From the NCBI GenBank assembly GCA_048013815.1, contig CM106585.1, positions 9,114,001-9,178,000 of the forward strand: a stretch of DNA of 64,000 nt. The letters run 5' to 3'. The translations under genes and the position numbers were made by a program. Under the pieces are notes generated by a model, which was not told where the DNA came from, searched no databases, and saw only the letters and a program-made list of their open reading frames with translations. This document shows positions 13,063-26,100 of the stretch, piece by piece. The stretch is from Setoptus koraiensis (taxonomy: Eukaryota; Animalia; Arthropoda). The stretch's first letter is position 1; each line of letters begins with the position of its first letter.

Positions 13063-13654
13063 CTAATTCAACTTCCACGCACCGTGCATCCAATCCACGG
13101 CTCGCTCGCATACTTACGCCGGGCCGGGCCGGCCGCCTCGCATGCCCGTGACTCACGGGCCGACGTGAGTACCAACAGTCGTACCAACAGTCGGGCCACC
13201 GGCAGTGGGGCCAACAGCCACTCGACATAACGGGCCATCAATTGGCAGGCAATCAATAAAGAAAGTGGCCCAGTTGATCGTTTGGCGTGCTAGTTATATA
13301 TACTCATACAGTATTTGGTACATACAATAAATAGTATATATAGAGTCATAAGCAAATAGCAGTTAGATATATTGTTGTTGCTGTTGCGCCGGGCAGTTTC
13401 ATTTGTTTAAGCCCTCTCTCGGCGAGCAACTAACTTAACTAGTGCACTCTTGGGCCCTCTGTTTGCCATAATCATAGCTGGCACAACTCAATACAACAAT
13501 ACATATTATCTAGAGGGCCAACAGCAACAATAATGATGATGATAATAATAACAATAATGATGAAATTCCATTATCAAATGGTCGTCGTCGACAATCGTGT
13601 TTAATGCACAATTGTAGTCAGTTTGCAGTTCAACTCAAACTCAAACAAACTCAC

Positions 13655-13860
13655 AAGAGGGGCCCGCAGACAGGAAACGCAGATGTTTTGATGGGGCAAA
13701 TTTTGCGAGTTACAAACGAGCGTCTGTTGGGCCAAGAGTCTTGGCCAGAGATTCATCACATCATCGCTGGTGGCCTGCCAATTCGATGCGATTTTGCGCG
13801 ATTGCTCGTGGAAAGACACGAGCAACGAGAGCACGAGGAATTTCGTCCTGTCAGAGAATT
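13655..13860 (-). CDS. Second exon of the large low-complexity gene
   Basis: Acceptor tttttgccag| at 13861, donor CTT|gtgagt at 13654. The exon is 206 nt, phase 1 in and phase 0 out, and reads EFSDRTKFLVLSLLVSFHEQSRKIASNWQATSDDVMNLWPRLLAQQTLVCNSQNLPHQNICVSCLRAPL. Confidence 0.65.
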
Positions 13861-14456
13861 CTGGCAAAAATCCATCGATGAGTGATGACTCATTTTACGG
13901 CAAGGGGCCGCTTTGTGTGTATTAGTGTGTGTGTGTGTTTGTGTGTGTCTAATCTCAAGACTTGCCGGCGACCAACAGAGACGGCAACCAAGCCAACAGG
14001 AACAAAGAACAGGAAGACAGGTTGCCGTTTTCGGGGGCGCCGCTGCTCGCAGTTGATGGGTCTTTTTATAGGCCAGACGCTTAGGTGCTTATTAACATGG
14101 TGCCATCATCGAGCGCTGCGAGTAGCAAAAATTATGAACAAATGGCAAGTGGCCCCCATTTGGCTGCAAAAGCCAGCGGGGGCCCCAGCTCCAAAGTGGT
14201 TGTGGGGCCCCCAGATGGAAGTTGGTTGTTGCCGATTCGGGCCGAGCTCGCCCGCGCCGGGCCCCAAAATTGATGACGCTCACTAATCAATCAATCGAAC
14301 CAGGTGAGGCACTCTCCCACTCTCTCAGTGAGTGGCTGGCGCCCCCTAAGAGCCGCCTCGCTCTGTCGGCTCTTAGTGGCTTAGTCAGCCCTGTTAGTGG
14401 CAAGATGTAATTCGGACAACTCGCTGCTGCTGCTGCTGCCATGCGGACCGGCTTAC

Positions 14457-17400
14457 CTTGGCGCGTGGGTGTGTCTCCCGCTGCGGCGGGCTCCTCCATT
14501 GTGTCTGAATTATCTGGTGCACTGGTGCTAGTGGTGGTAGTAGTAGTAGTATTGGTGCTGGTGGTGCTAGTTGCGGAATTACAAATGTTGTTGTTGCTAG
14601 TTGTGCTTATACTTAGCGCCACCGAGTGACGCCTCACACTTCCGGTGCGACCTAACAAATTCGCGTTGGGCACCTTCGATGCCAGGCCGCTGCTCATATG
14701 TTGCTGTTGCTGGTCGGCCTGCTGTAAATCGACTGGCTGCTGTTGGCCGGCGGTGCCGTTAGTGCTCGATCTGATTGATTGCGATATGCTGTGAGCGGCC
14801 AATTCCTGATACTGTAAACTGGCGCGCGGCGGCCGAGGCGGCAGCGGGCGTGCCGCTCGGGCCGGTTTAAATTGTTGTGCTGCAACTGGGGCCGCTGTCT
14901 CAACGTTGGCCGGCTCGTCTGTCATGCCCGCCAACAGTCCGGGCGAGTAGGGCCTGGCGAGCGACAGTGAGCGCTGTTGGCGGTGCTGTCGATGTAGGTC
15001 TTGCTGCTGCGGTTGTTGTTGCGTTTGTGGTTGCGTCTGTTGTTGCGTCTGTGGTTGCGTCTGTTGTTGAGTCTGTTGTTGCCGAGTGTCACAAGTGATG
15101 TCGCTGTGCGATTTGGTGATTGCGTTGCCGTCTAGCGGCGATGATTCTAATGATGTCGCCGTCGGGATAGAGGAGCTCTCGAGACAGTGGGCCGATTCCT
15201 CCAGGTCTAGCTGTTGCATTTGTTGCGCCTCTCGCGGCCCTTGCATCAGTTGCAGAGAGTCCGTGGTTTGATGTTGTTGCATCTGATTGGTGGTGTCTAT
15301 GGGCGAATAATTGTTCGGGCAAGCTGTAGTTGTGTTGCTGCTGTTAAAAGTGTTGTTTTGATTATGTTGATTATGCAACGGTGCTTGCTGCTGCTGTTGT
15401 TGTTGTGTTGTTGCTGTTTCTGGCTCGGCGTATTGTGAGTGTGCCTCTAGCGGCGGAGAGTGCAAACTAAAACTATTGTTCAATTGTCTTTGGTTAGCTG
15501 ATTCACAAGTCGATGTTGTAGTTGTAGCGGTGCTCACTTGAGTTTCGTCGCTCGATTCATAATGACACGGGCCGGCGCTAATGGTGCAAAATGACTGATC
15601 GTGCGAACAAGTGTCTAGAATGGGCGATATGGTGCCAAAAGAGACGCGCCTCGTGCCTTTCGGGGACCTCTTGGGGCCCAGCTCGTCGCAGAGATAATTT
15701 TTGTCGGATAATTTGTTGTTGTTGTTTGCCGATGCCAGCTTGTTTGTTTGTTGTTGGTGTGACTTGTTGGGGTCGGTGCTGGTCGACGGTCGGCGGCTAG
15801 TGTCATTATGGTCAGTGCAATCAGTGCATTTGTTTTGCGTTGTTGTCGCTGGTGTCGTTGTTGTGGCCGTTGTTTGCAGCGCCCGCTCGCCACAAACAAT
15901 GCTATCACTTTGCTTTTCACTGGGGCCCTGGCCGCTGTCTAGCTCGCCGAGTCCAACCAATTCAATTGTTTTGCTGCGATTATCCCAATGTTTGTCGCGC
16001 TCGTGCGTCCAACTGCTAGGCTCCTGCCAACTGCTTTGCGAGCCAGCTCGAAATTGGGGGCCCGGCGGCGTCGATTTTATTGTTGTTGTTGTTGTTGTTG
16101 CTGTTGCTGTTGCTGTTGTTATTGATGCGTTCTCAGACAATTGGCGCATAAGTTGTTGCTGTTGTTCTCGCTGGATAGTGGGCCCGTTATCGGCGGCCAA
16201 CGGCTCGCCGAAATTGTGCTGGTGCGCAGGCGACGATTGTCGCCGCGATCTTATTCTCAGTATAGACGTCTGCTTGTGCGTATTATCGCCCGCCCCAACT
16301 AACAGGGCCCCCCCGCAAGTGCCGCCAACTGCAGTGCCGCTGCCGCCGCCGCCGCCGCCGCTGGTTGCCGCTTGCGCCGCTTGGTGGTGCGCCGCCGACG
16401 ACAACTTATAGCCCGGCGATATCGCCGCACAGCCGCTATTATCAACGTGATGCTGCTGCTGCTGTAGCGCCAACAGGGGCTCCTGCGCAGCCAGAGACGC
16501 AAAGCGGCGCCGAGCGAAATGCCTGGGCAAAAGGCCGGGCGCTTTCGTCGGGCTGATGGGCAAACGGGGCGACCAGAGCGCCATCTCGGCTCGGGTGCCG
16601 CTCGCAAGAAGCTCGTTTGTTTTGGCCAGGCCGCTGAGCAACTGCTGCGAGCCCGCCGTGAGAGTTGTGGCCGCCGCTGTCGTCAGTGGCGCAACGGGCC
16701 CGCCCGCGGCCGCCAACCCGCTCAGCTGATGCACCAGTTCCTCGCGGGCCCCATCGAGCGCGTCCAGCGCCGACTTGGGCCGGCCCTGCTGACCGCCGGT
16801 GCTGCCCAGGCCCATTTCCCAGTCGCCGGAGCTGGTGCTGCGTATGCGTCCGTGGCGACCGTTGCCCTCCACCAGTCCGGCGGCGCCGCCCGCGTCTGAC
16901 CGCGCCGCACTGCTGGCCCCCTCTGCCGGCCCGTCGTTGTCGGCGGCGGATTGCGGTGCGCTCACGGGCCGGCTCACAAGGGCCGGTCTAGAGCTGAACA
17001 GGGACATGGCGCGCTGATTGTAACGGCGACAAAAATCAGCGCCACAATTCTGGTTGGAATTGGTGTTGGCGTTTGTGTTGCTGGCCAACGGCGACAATAT
17101 CGTCTGTGCAACTGTCTCACTCACAAATCTGCCGCTCAGCTCTTGTTTGGCGCGACTGTTCAGCAGCAAAAAACCGCTGCTCCGACGGGCCCCACAAAAA
17201 TCAAATTGATTTGCCGTAGCGGGCGCCGCCACCGCACTGGCCGGCACTGTCGCCGGCAAGGCCGGATGGCCGGCAGCAGCGGCCAGCTTGCCGCCAGTGG
17301 CCCCCGCCGCTGCGCCCGCGCTGCCGGCCAAACAGCTATTTTGGGGCGTGAGAGATTGCGATCTGGCGCGCGACAACAATATCCTGTCGGCCTCATCTAC

Positions 17401-18402
17401 AATAATGGCACGTTTGTCTAAAGTTTGCGCAAAAACGCCGGACATTTGGCATTCATCATCGTCGTCATCGTCGTCGTCGTCGTCATTGTCAAAATAGACG
17501 ATGCTCTCGTTGCGACTCGGCCCGTCAGCGGCCGGCGAGCTGTCCGTTTGAGCGGCGCTTTCGCTATTAGCATCGTCATATTTTATTTTATTTCCCTGCT
17601 CAGCGCCCATATCTAGCGACTCTTTTGTTGTCGGCACCGTCGTCTTGGCGGGCCCCGGCGTTTCATTGATTGTTGTTTGTTCCGGGGCGCCTTTGTTTCG
17701 CTGTCGCTCGGGCTCGCTCGCTCGCGACGAGTGCTCGCAAATATCATCATTAAAAGTGGTGGTATTATCATTATTTTGTTGTTTGTTGATATTATTATTT
17801 CTACTATTTGCTGTCGTGCCACTCGTCGTGCTGTTGCCCGATTCCTGCTTGCTCCTAATGGCACTCGCAGCCATAAAATCCGCAACTACCCGACCGCCGC
17901 CAATGGGCGCCGGTTGTCCGCTCGGGCCACTGCCGCCGCTACTGCTGCTGCTGCTACTACTGCAGCTAATCAGCGAATATCTGCGTATGTTGTTGAGATA
18001 ATCCAAAACTAAACTCTCTTGATCACTGGCGGCTCTGATGTTATTTTCTTGACGATGATGATGATGAAGTTGATGGTAAGGATGTGCTGGTTTGGCGCTC
18101 ATTTTATTACATGGGGCCGGCGCTGCGCCCGCGCGATCGCCCGGCTGTGATGCGGTAAAGGCAACCGGCCCGGCCAGCGTCGACCGCCTTGCTGGTTTTT
18201 CTGCTAATAGCGGGGGCGGTAGCGGGGGCGGCGCTGCCGGCGAGCTGTCAGCGGCGCTCGGGCAAGCCGGCTCAGTGGTGGCGTTCTCGTCGAACTGGAC
18301 CCAATCCTGTCGGGCAATCGGGTTAGACGCCGCCGAACAATATTTACTGGCCACATTATCCGCGTTCATTTCTTCCTCCATCTTGGCCCCCTCAATGAAC
18401 AT
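14457..18402 (-). CDS. Giant exon encoding ~1315 aa of a mostly disordered, low-complexity protein
   Basis: 1371-codon ORF (14287-18402) with poly-Q/T/S/A/D runs. A strong donor CAAG|gtaagc at 14457/14456 is in phase with exon 13655-13860. An N-terminal DWVQFDE motif is present. Confidence 0.85.
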
Positions 18403-18498
18403 GGGAGCTTGGCTAGAACACGCAACGGCCCGCTATTCAGCCACTTCAGGGCCCGCCTGCAAATGGTGTGCTCGAGGGCGAGGCGGGGGGGGCGTTCT

Positions 18499-18652
18499 GT
18501 CGGGACGGCCGCGTCGGGACCATCGAGTCGGGACGGCCGCGTCGGGACCATCGAGTCGGGACCATCGAGTCGGGACCATCGAGTCGGGACCATCGAGTCG
18601 GGACCATCGAGTCGGGACAATCGAGTCGGAATAATTGTGTCGGGACAAAAAG
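18499..18652. repeat. 14-bp CpG-rich minisatellite, about 11 units
   Basis: Units gtcgggaccatcga with variants gtcgggacggccgc, about 100 bp upstream of the ATG at 18402. Confidence 0.95.
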
Positions 18653-18748
18653 AAAAGAGAGAGAGAGGCAGATAAAATCAGTCAATGTTAAAGTGGTTTG
18701 GCTGGATTAGCGTTGAACTTAGCAAATTAGATGATGACCAATGGCGAC

Positions 18749-20792
18749 CACGTGCAAACATGTGACCAGCACGCAACTGCCAGATGATTAGGGCGTAGTT
18801 GGGCCCACGAAAAGAAGCGGCGCGTCAACAGCGCACGACACAACAGCGAGACATTTGCGAATTTGGGCGAGCGGTTATAAACAACAACAACACGCGGCCA
18901 CGCGATCACATTATGTAACGCGTGCAGCGTGGGGCTGCCTGCGTGGACGAGCGCGATGACACAAACGCACAACAAACGAACTGGGTCAATATCAAGTCAA
19001 TCTTGTTGCCTCTGTACCTGTGCACTTGTTGGCCGACGCGGGCCCACGAGGGGTCCGCGTGGGGCCCGCGCGGGCCAAAGTAATCATCTTCAATCATGTG
19101 CAGCAACAAATAACGATCCGTTAGTTTGCTCGTATTGGACATTCGCTGGCTGCTTCGTATTGCGACCGATTCAGTGTGTGTGTGACAATTGACATTGAGC
19201 GGTCTCCCCATCGAGTGGGCGAGTGGAGAGAGAGAGAGAGAGAGAATTTCGGGCTTAAATTTGTTTTGTTCACGCGAACTAACAGTAACTCAAAGTGATT
19301 GAAGAGAGCACTTTCACCAGTTGGACGTCAACGGCGTCCGCACCAACAAACACACAAACAAACAAACTAGATACTGCGCGATCTGGGTTACGTAACACGC
19401 ATTGAGCAACTCTGTTGAGCGCTGCCATGTTACGTAACGCGTGCTGGCCATCCGCTAATATCTATTATCATTTGTGTGTGTTTGTATTTTTCTGTTTGTT
19501 GCTTGCTTGCCGTTGTTCGTGCTACTTGTAGATATGATACTTGTGTATTTGTGTATGTTTGTTTCAGCTGCGTACTCGATCGTGTGACAGATGCAAACGT
19601 CATCCGTTGTGTAATCGATCCGGTGCGATACCCGTGTGTTCGCACACTGACTATTGTATTGTGAATATTGTATGCTGTTTATACTGTGTGACGCGCGCCA
19701 TGCGAAATACAAATGCGTTACGTAATGCCAGTCATGACAAGTCACATTGATGCGGAGTCAATAGAAACGCGGATAGAGTGAGCGAGCGAGCGAGCGAGAG
19801 AGAGACAAATCGAATGAATAATTCAACAGTGTCTGTGGGGCCCCGTTCGAAAAAGGTGGCCAGAGTGGCAGTTCACGGCGTGTCGCAGCGTCGAGCAACC
19901 GCGACTTAAACACACACACACAAGCGTGTCATGCAAAATAATAATAACCGTTACACAATAACCGCCATCTAATAAACGTTATATAATAACCGTTACGAAT
20001 TAAGCGAATTACGAGACAACGAGATATTTTCGGCTTGGCCCTTCGCCTCAATTCTGTTGCGAGCTGCGTGAGACAGGCGAAACGGATCGTCGATTATTTT
20101 TGCACGGCCGCAATGGCTACCGACAATTGTGAACTGTGTGTCGCTGTAAACAATATTCGGCAATATTCGGGCGCTACCTGAGTTGGGTGTCGCTATCGAT
20201 CAATCGGCAAGACAATTGTCACAGACAGTGCGCGTTTTAGAGCGGCCCCACGAGCAGGCGGCAACGAAGGCGAACAAGGCTAAATGTATGAATACGCGCA
20301 ATATGAATATACGCGCAATATAAACGCGCAATATTGGCCGCGGCTCGGCAAATAAATCATGCCAGCTTGTGGCGGGCAAGCAAAAAGTGTCGATTATGAG
20401 CGACAAGCAGAGAGCTCGCAAGTTGCGAATGGCAACCAATGGGGCCGAATTGCTTGAATTGGCAACAGCGACCATATGATACCGATGTCGTTGTTGTTGC
20501 AAGTCTGAGACGCAGTTTGACACGAAAACAGATTCCACGTGCAGCATAATTACAAGCTACGTTTGTGGCTGGCTTTAAATTCATTCAGACTATTAATTTG
20601 GGCGCTTACACAACATAAAACAAACACGTGCACACGAGAGAAACAGCGGCGAATTATTTCGAGGCGCTTGCCGTGAGCGGGCCCCATCAGCCAACAAAAT
20701 AAAGCAATCACTCTCGCCACTTCTCTCACACTTTTGTGCTCTTTCGACGCTTGCGCCAGCAAGCCAACAGCGAGCGCGGCCCAGTTACGTAA
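18749..20792. promoter_or_regulatory. Cluster of PAR-bZIP D-box (RTTAYGTAAY) and CACGTG E-box motifs upstream of the large gene
   Basis: TTACGTAA at 19388, 19430, 19718 and 20785; TTATGTAA at 18911; CACGTG at 18749, 20536 and 20625. Confidence 0.4.
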
Positions 20793-21407
20793 TGCCAATG
20801 ACAAGTTGCCAGTGGAAATTATGCCTGTTCCAGCAAAACTGCTCATCCGTTGCTAACTCGCAACCGAAATAGCTCTCTCTATCACCAGCAAAAATAGCAC
20901 TCTCTGTCACTGGCTAAAATAGCTCCGGTGTGGCGCGCCAGTTGATCTTTTGGGGCCTCATTCGACACACACGACTCAAATCGAATGATTATGAATGGAA
21001 TATCCGGCCATGGAAACAGAAAGGTGAAAAATACGATCGCACTGGCGACAATAATTAGCCTGACAACGCCAGTCAGCTGACTAGGTCAGCTTGCCAGACA
21101 CTTCCAAGAAGCGGATCATGCTAGCAGGATCATGTTAGCAGGAAAAACAAAGGGCAAACAAACAAAAACTACTCGCATCCTATAAACACAAACGAGAGCA
21201 ACTTGTTAGCAGCGAGCTAGCTGCCGCGAGGCTCGTGGCGCCACCCTCGAGTCACAATACAAGTTAATGTCAGCACCATTACATATGACTCATATGATAT
21301 GAGGGCTGTGGCCTCAAACGGATTTGTCTTTAAACTCGGTTGGACTCGGCTCTAAGACGCTTTTTTCAGCTGGTATCTGAAATTATCACAGAAGCTAGTC
21401 ATATCAT

Positions 21408-22269
21408 ATGAACTGCTTCTTTGATGTAGCCAAGTCGAACACATCTTCAACTGTAGAGACAACGACGGTACAGCTCACCTGTGAGCTCACGTCGATGAAA
21501 ATTTGTGCCAAAAACAGACCTCTCTCGGGTACCGATTCGTCGTTGACAGAGTCGCTGAAATATTGTTTTTTCCACTGGATTCCAGAGAAATATATATATA
21601 TAGTTATATATTGTTTAGACAGAATTGCTCCAACAGAACAGTCACAAATACTTTCTAGCATTTGGTAACACATATCGCAAACGGAAACTTCGAATTAAAA
21701 AACTGCAATTCATTCTTGATTGGCGTGCTCCCATTAATTTCAGTGTCATTGGTGTTTCTCTCGTGACCCTCGTGTTCGTCATGAGTTTCAACTCTGCGTT
21801 GGCGAGGGGACAGGAACGTACTTTGGAACAAATAAAGACAATCAATGATCAAGTTGAAAAATGGTACCAAACAGAATCTCATCTGTTGTCTAATCTCAAA
21901 GAGGTATCTGGGCGAGCGAATAGGGCGCATCTGCAAAGTAAGAGTCATCATTGGCCAAGACAAATGGTAAAAATATTACAGGTGGCCATTACACACGAAG
22001 GTGATTTTTGGCCTTTTGATTTATCGAGTGAAATCGACATGGAAAAGGTCGCTCAGTTTGTAGCCGGTTTGCATCATGGCACCGAAGCATCGAAAGAACG
22101 ATTGATGCGTACTTTCAACATGTATACAAATTACAAGGCCAAATTTCATGGCGATTATAAGGCAAAGTATGTGGATCAAGCGAAAAAATTGTGCCCGTAC
22201 GGTTTATTCAGCCAGAAAAACCATTTCAACATCCAAAAAGCGATCGATGATCTAGTAAAAGGTAGCTAA
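21408..22269 (+). CDS. Small orphan protein with a signal/TM segment (main exon 21744-22269); start uncertain
   Basis: ORF 21625-22269 has a clean protein-like body after a hydrophobic stretch (VIGVSLVTLVFVMSFNSALA-RGQERT). A putative 79-nt intron 21665-21743 (TG|gtaaca...ttcag|T) joins it in frame to ORF 21408-21668. Confidence 0.65.
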
Positions 22270-22904
22270 AGAAGAGAATGTCGAAGATGAACAGTTCAAT
22301 AAGCTAGTCATAACTAGTAGTGAGCCTATCGCATCACTTTATTCGGCTGCCAATCAATTATAGTGGCGGTAAATGCAGCGGTGTTACGATGGTCTGACGA
22401 GGTCCAACGTGCGCTTCTCGGGCGATTTCTGAAGCTGTCTTCCAGCTGATGAGTCAGATTGATGGCCATCGAGAATTGCATGAGGCCTGATTAGAAAATG
22501 GCCAGATCGAAACAAGGGACTGAGTGAGCCGACCTAATAGAATTGCTTGTTGCAATAACACGAACATTGTCGGCGCTGCGAAAGAAGAGAATAGTCTCTT
22601 CGTTGCTGTGTGAGACAATGAGACTAGGATACAAGAACAAGAGACTAATCGTGTATTACCCATTAATAAATCTGAATAAATTAAAAAGAATGTCCTCAGT
22701 AAATGTGTGTGCTAGTATTTTTGAACAATTCGGGGCGACTCCACAGTCATGTATGGCCAAGTGAAACAGAGCTTCAGCTAGAGTGAGCACGAATTGCATT
22801 CGCGAGCATATTCGCTGTCTACTACAATGCCCACTACAGTCCCTAAATACTCCAAAATACAACAAAACCGGAACAAAAACGTATAATACCAGAAACCCAG
22901 TGAA

Positions 22905-22990
22905 TAGCCGTTGAGTCCGGTTTCGGGTCCCTGACCCGTTACTCAACGGGTTACTCTCGTTACGAATAACCGTGAAACGGGTACCCCGAG
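22905..22990. repeat. Nested inverted repeats, transposon-end-like
   Basis: ccgttgagt...actcaacgg and acccgtt-actc-aacgggt hairpins plus ttacg/cgggt motifs at the right edge of the 21-23 kb island. Confidence 0.4.
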
Positions 22991-23121
22991 ACAGTGCGGT
23001 TTAACGTATGCCATCGCAACTCGGATTGTCAATACTCGCTGCCGCGTGACTGTCTAGCGAAATATGTTTCCGTGCAGCGTCATTAGATGAGACACGGGTA
23101 CACGAAGCGTGAGAGTGACGT

Positions 23122-23180
23122 AATAGTTGCCAAATAAAATAGTTGCCAAATAAAATAGCTGCCAAATAAAATAGCTGCCA
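23122..23180. repeat. 16-bp minisatellite (~3.7 units)
   Basis: aatag(t/c)tgccaaataa in tandem. Confidence 0.9.
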
Positions 23181-26100
23181 GAGGTAGTGGCGGCGGCCGA
23201 AAGTGCAATCATTGGAGTAGTTTATGAATATGTGTGAATATGGCGCAAGAGCGACCACTGTCGGTGGGCAGAGGAACGAGCATCTAGCTAACAGTTATAA
23301 TTGGCTGTAACAATTTGTCAGAATAAACCAATTTGTCCAATTTGTGTGTGTGTGAGGTGCACGCTTGTCACAATAAGGCCTTCAATACAGTAATGGCCAT
23401 AATGTGTGACTCCTAATTTAATCTAGTTGCCGGTCCTAGTTGCACAATTGCGCAACTAGCACTACATTTGTGTGATTGTGAGCAAGGATAACAAGTACAC
23501 AAATGTTGTGCGCACCCAGATATGCTAATTGTCCAATTGTGCACCAGGTGAGACAGCAAAGCGAGTTGGCGCAGTGGTTTTTGGTTGCTCGAACGATATT
23601 GGCATTAATCTAGTTGTTTGCTAATCACGCGGCCAACAGACGAAACAATTACGAGACAAGGTCGCTGCAGCACTACTTTTGCTTACACATAACACATGTC
23701 GCCTCATTTGGCCCCACAGGGCCCATGCGCCGAGCAGCATGTACAGCACGCACACGGAGTACATAGGGTAGGTCGCGAATCGCTAATTGCGAGCTGCTGC
23801 ACGACCTACCGAAAGTGGCAAGCCAACTGAGAGACAAACTAGCCTCGCATGGGCCCCGTCGTCATCACTCAACATCGAGGCCAGGAAATCGCTGTGACGA
23901 ATTCAACTATCCGCGAACACGCGTAACGAGGCTTCGTTGTTCGGTATTCGCGCTCCAATTGGCGCGCCCGAGCAGCGGATATTTTGCATGATATGTCAGG
24001 AGGGCGCAAAAGAGTGAGAGAGGGAAACAGGGAGAAAAGGGAGAGGGAGAGAGAGGGATAGAAATCACACGAGTGTCCAAATGGTGCCGACCGCTCATTT
24101 GCATGCTACGTGTATCTAATTACTCCCACGTACAGCGCCCAGGCCCCCGCCCCCACCCGCGCATCTCCATCTGCGTCACTATCGGCTTGCCGTTCGGCGT
24201 GACAAGCCCGACAGTGTTGCTCCGAGCAACAGCGCACCGGTCAATTATAATGCATGCAAGGGGGCGCGCGGCGCGCCCCAACGAATAATAATAATTGATC
24301 GTCAGGTGCTGGCAAGCCAGTCTATGCAAGGTGAATGCCAGCGGCCAAACGAACTGGCCGGCGAACATTGACTGAATTATCTGAACGAACTGAATTTCAC
24401 TGGGACTATGTACAAATGTTTGTGTGTATTCTGACAGTGTGCGTGGGCCCGAATAGTAATAAATGCAAAATTGAAATTATGCCCGACGTTGTGGGGCGTT
24501 TTCTCTCGTTGTTCGGACTAGTCTCGTTGCGTTGTTGCATCGGTGCCCGACAAATGGCTGAATAACAAGTGTCTGAATGGGGCCCCAATGGTGACCTTGA
24601 TCGTCAAGTCAGCGGCCCCAACAGCGTTAATCGGCGGCTCGAATGCTGCGGGCCGCACACAGTTATTAAGTCAAGTGAGGGGCGCACGATAAGTGAAAAA
24701 GAAGTGCCGGGCGCACGCGTCACTTTGGCAGCTCGCCGGGCACTTGGCTCGCCCTCGGCTGGCCTCACCTTCGGCCGGCCCCGGCGGCTCGCCACCGGCA
24801 GCACCCAAAAGGGGGGCGGAAAACGCCAGAGAGTGCCTGCGAATGTGGCATTTTGTCTATTTTTACATTCGGTCGCGATCTAACTAGCACACACTCAAAT
24901 GCTAGATTGATTACCAGTTTTGGGCTGGCCAGTCGCGGGGCCGGTCGCGGGGCCAGTCGCGGAGCCGGTCGCGGGACCAGTGGCGCGGCCAGAAGCCCAA
25001 ATTGGTGGACGCAAAATGTCGGCTGTCACATGTCAGACGCTATGTGTCAGGCCCTACTTAGAGAGCGTTTTATACGGCGGACACCAGGCGAAAGCGCGGC
25101 CCCCTCGGCCCAGTTGGCCCCAGTTGGCCCCCATTATTATGCCGCTATGCTAATTCCAGAGAATTCGAGTTCGGAAACGCGCGCACAACTTGCAAAACTG
25201 CGCCTGACAGGCGATTCGATCCACGGCCCACTGACCGGCCCCAATTCTGGTCTGCGAAATTTCTGTGTGTGTGTGTGTGTTGACATCGAGCCACTAACTA
25301 CACATTAAATAGTCTATCTCTGAAATGATATGAGCTGGTCAAAACCCACCAATTGGCCATTGGCAGTTGTCGATTTGCTGACTGGCTGGCTGTTGCGCAA
25401 AGCCGAAACTGAAACGGAAAAAAGTCCCCGTTGGGCCTCTCACGTCAACGGCAAGCTGGGCTTACTTTTCAGCTCGCTGACTGGCAAGCTCGCCACTCGT
25501 TACGGCGACAGACGTGCCTGAAAACGAAAACGAAAAGGGCGCGCGGAAGCGTGAGCTTCGATCTTCGGCCCAACGAGCGGCCTCGTCGGGATGGGGGCGC
25601 GATTTTGGGGACATTTCGTGCCACGTCTGTGTAGCTGTGTCGCTCGGAGATCGGCTTGCCGACACTCGGGGCCGCCGCAACAAAAGTGGAATTGAGCCTC
25701 AATAGCGACAAGACAGTTTGTTAAAACTGGCTGCCAGTGCTGGCAGCGATTTCGCGATTATTTCACCATGATATCATCTAGTGAACTGAACCATAATGGT
25801 CTCGCCGGAACAGATGGCGGCCGGGCACTAAACGGGCGCTTCAAGCTGGCATTTGTCACGCCGCAATAAAGCAGATGAGATCGCATCGGCCAAGATTGTG
25901 CGATCGCTAGAGCAAACAATCCTGAGCAAACAATCTGAACAAGGAGTCCCAAAAAAATCACGAAATGTGCCGAAAATGTCCCGAAACACGGCGACATTGT
26001 CATCACAGACAACTTTGTTGGCCGGCGATCACTGTCAGCGGTGAGTTTGCCAATGAAATCATCACTACACCTGAGAACTGGATCAGTCAGATGCGATGCG

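Noticed and set aside
14287-14456. C-terminal tail of the 1371-aa ORF (KPVRM...SPGSID)
   Set aside because: Most likely intron read-through beyond the strong gtaagc donor at 14456, although a retained-intron isoform cannot be excluded.
14441-18634. Many plus-strand and alternative-frame ORFs over the giant exon
   Set aside because: Antisense or shadow frames of a GC-rich, low-complexity coding exon.
18499-18652. CRISPR-like array
   Set aside because: Head-to-tail 14-bp units with no unique spacers, in eukaryotic context with no cas genes. The same applies to the other minisatellites.
22280-22946. Possible small spliced gene on the minus strand
   Set aside because: Short frames and plausible splice sites, but no recognisable product or consistent start and stop.
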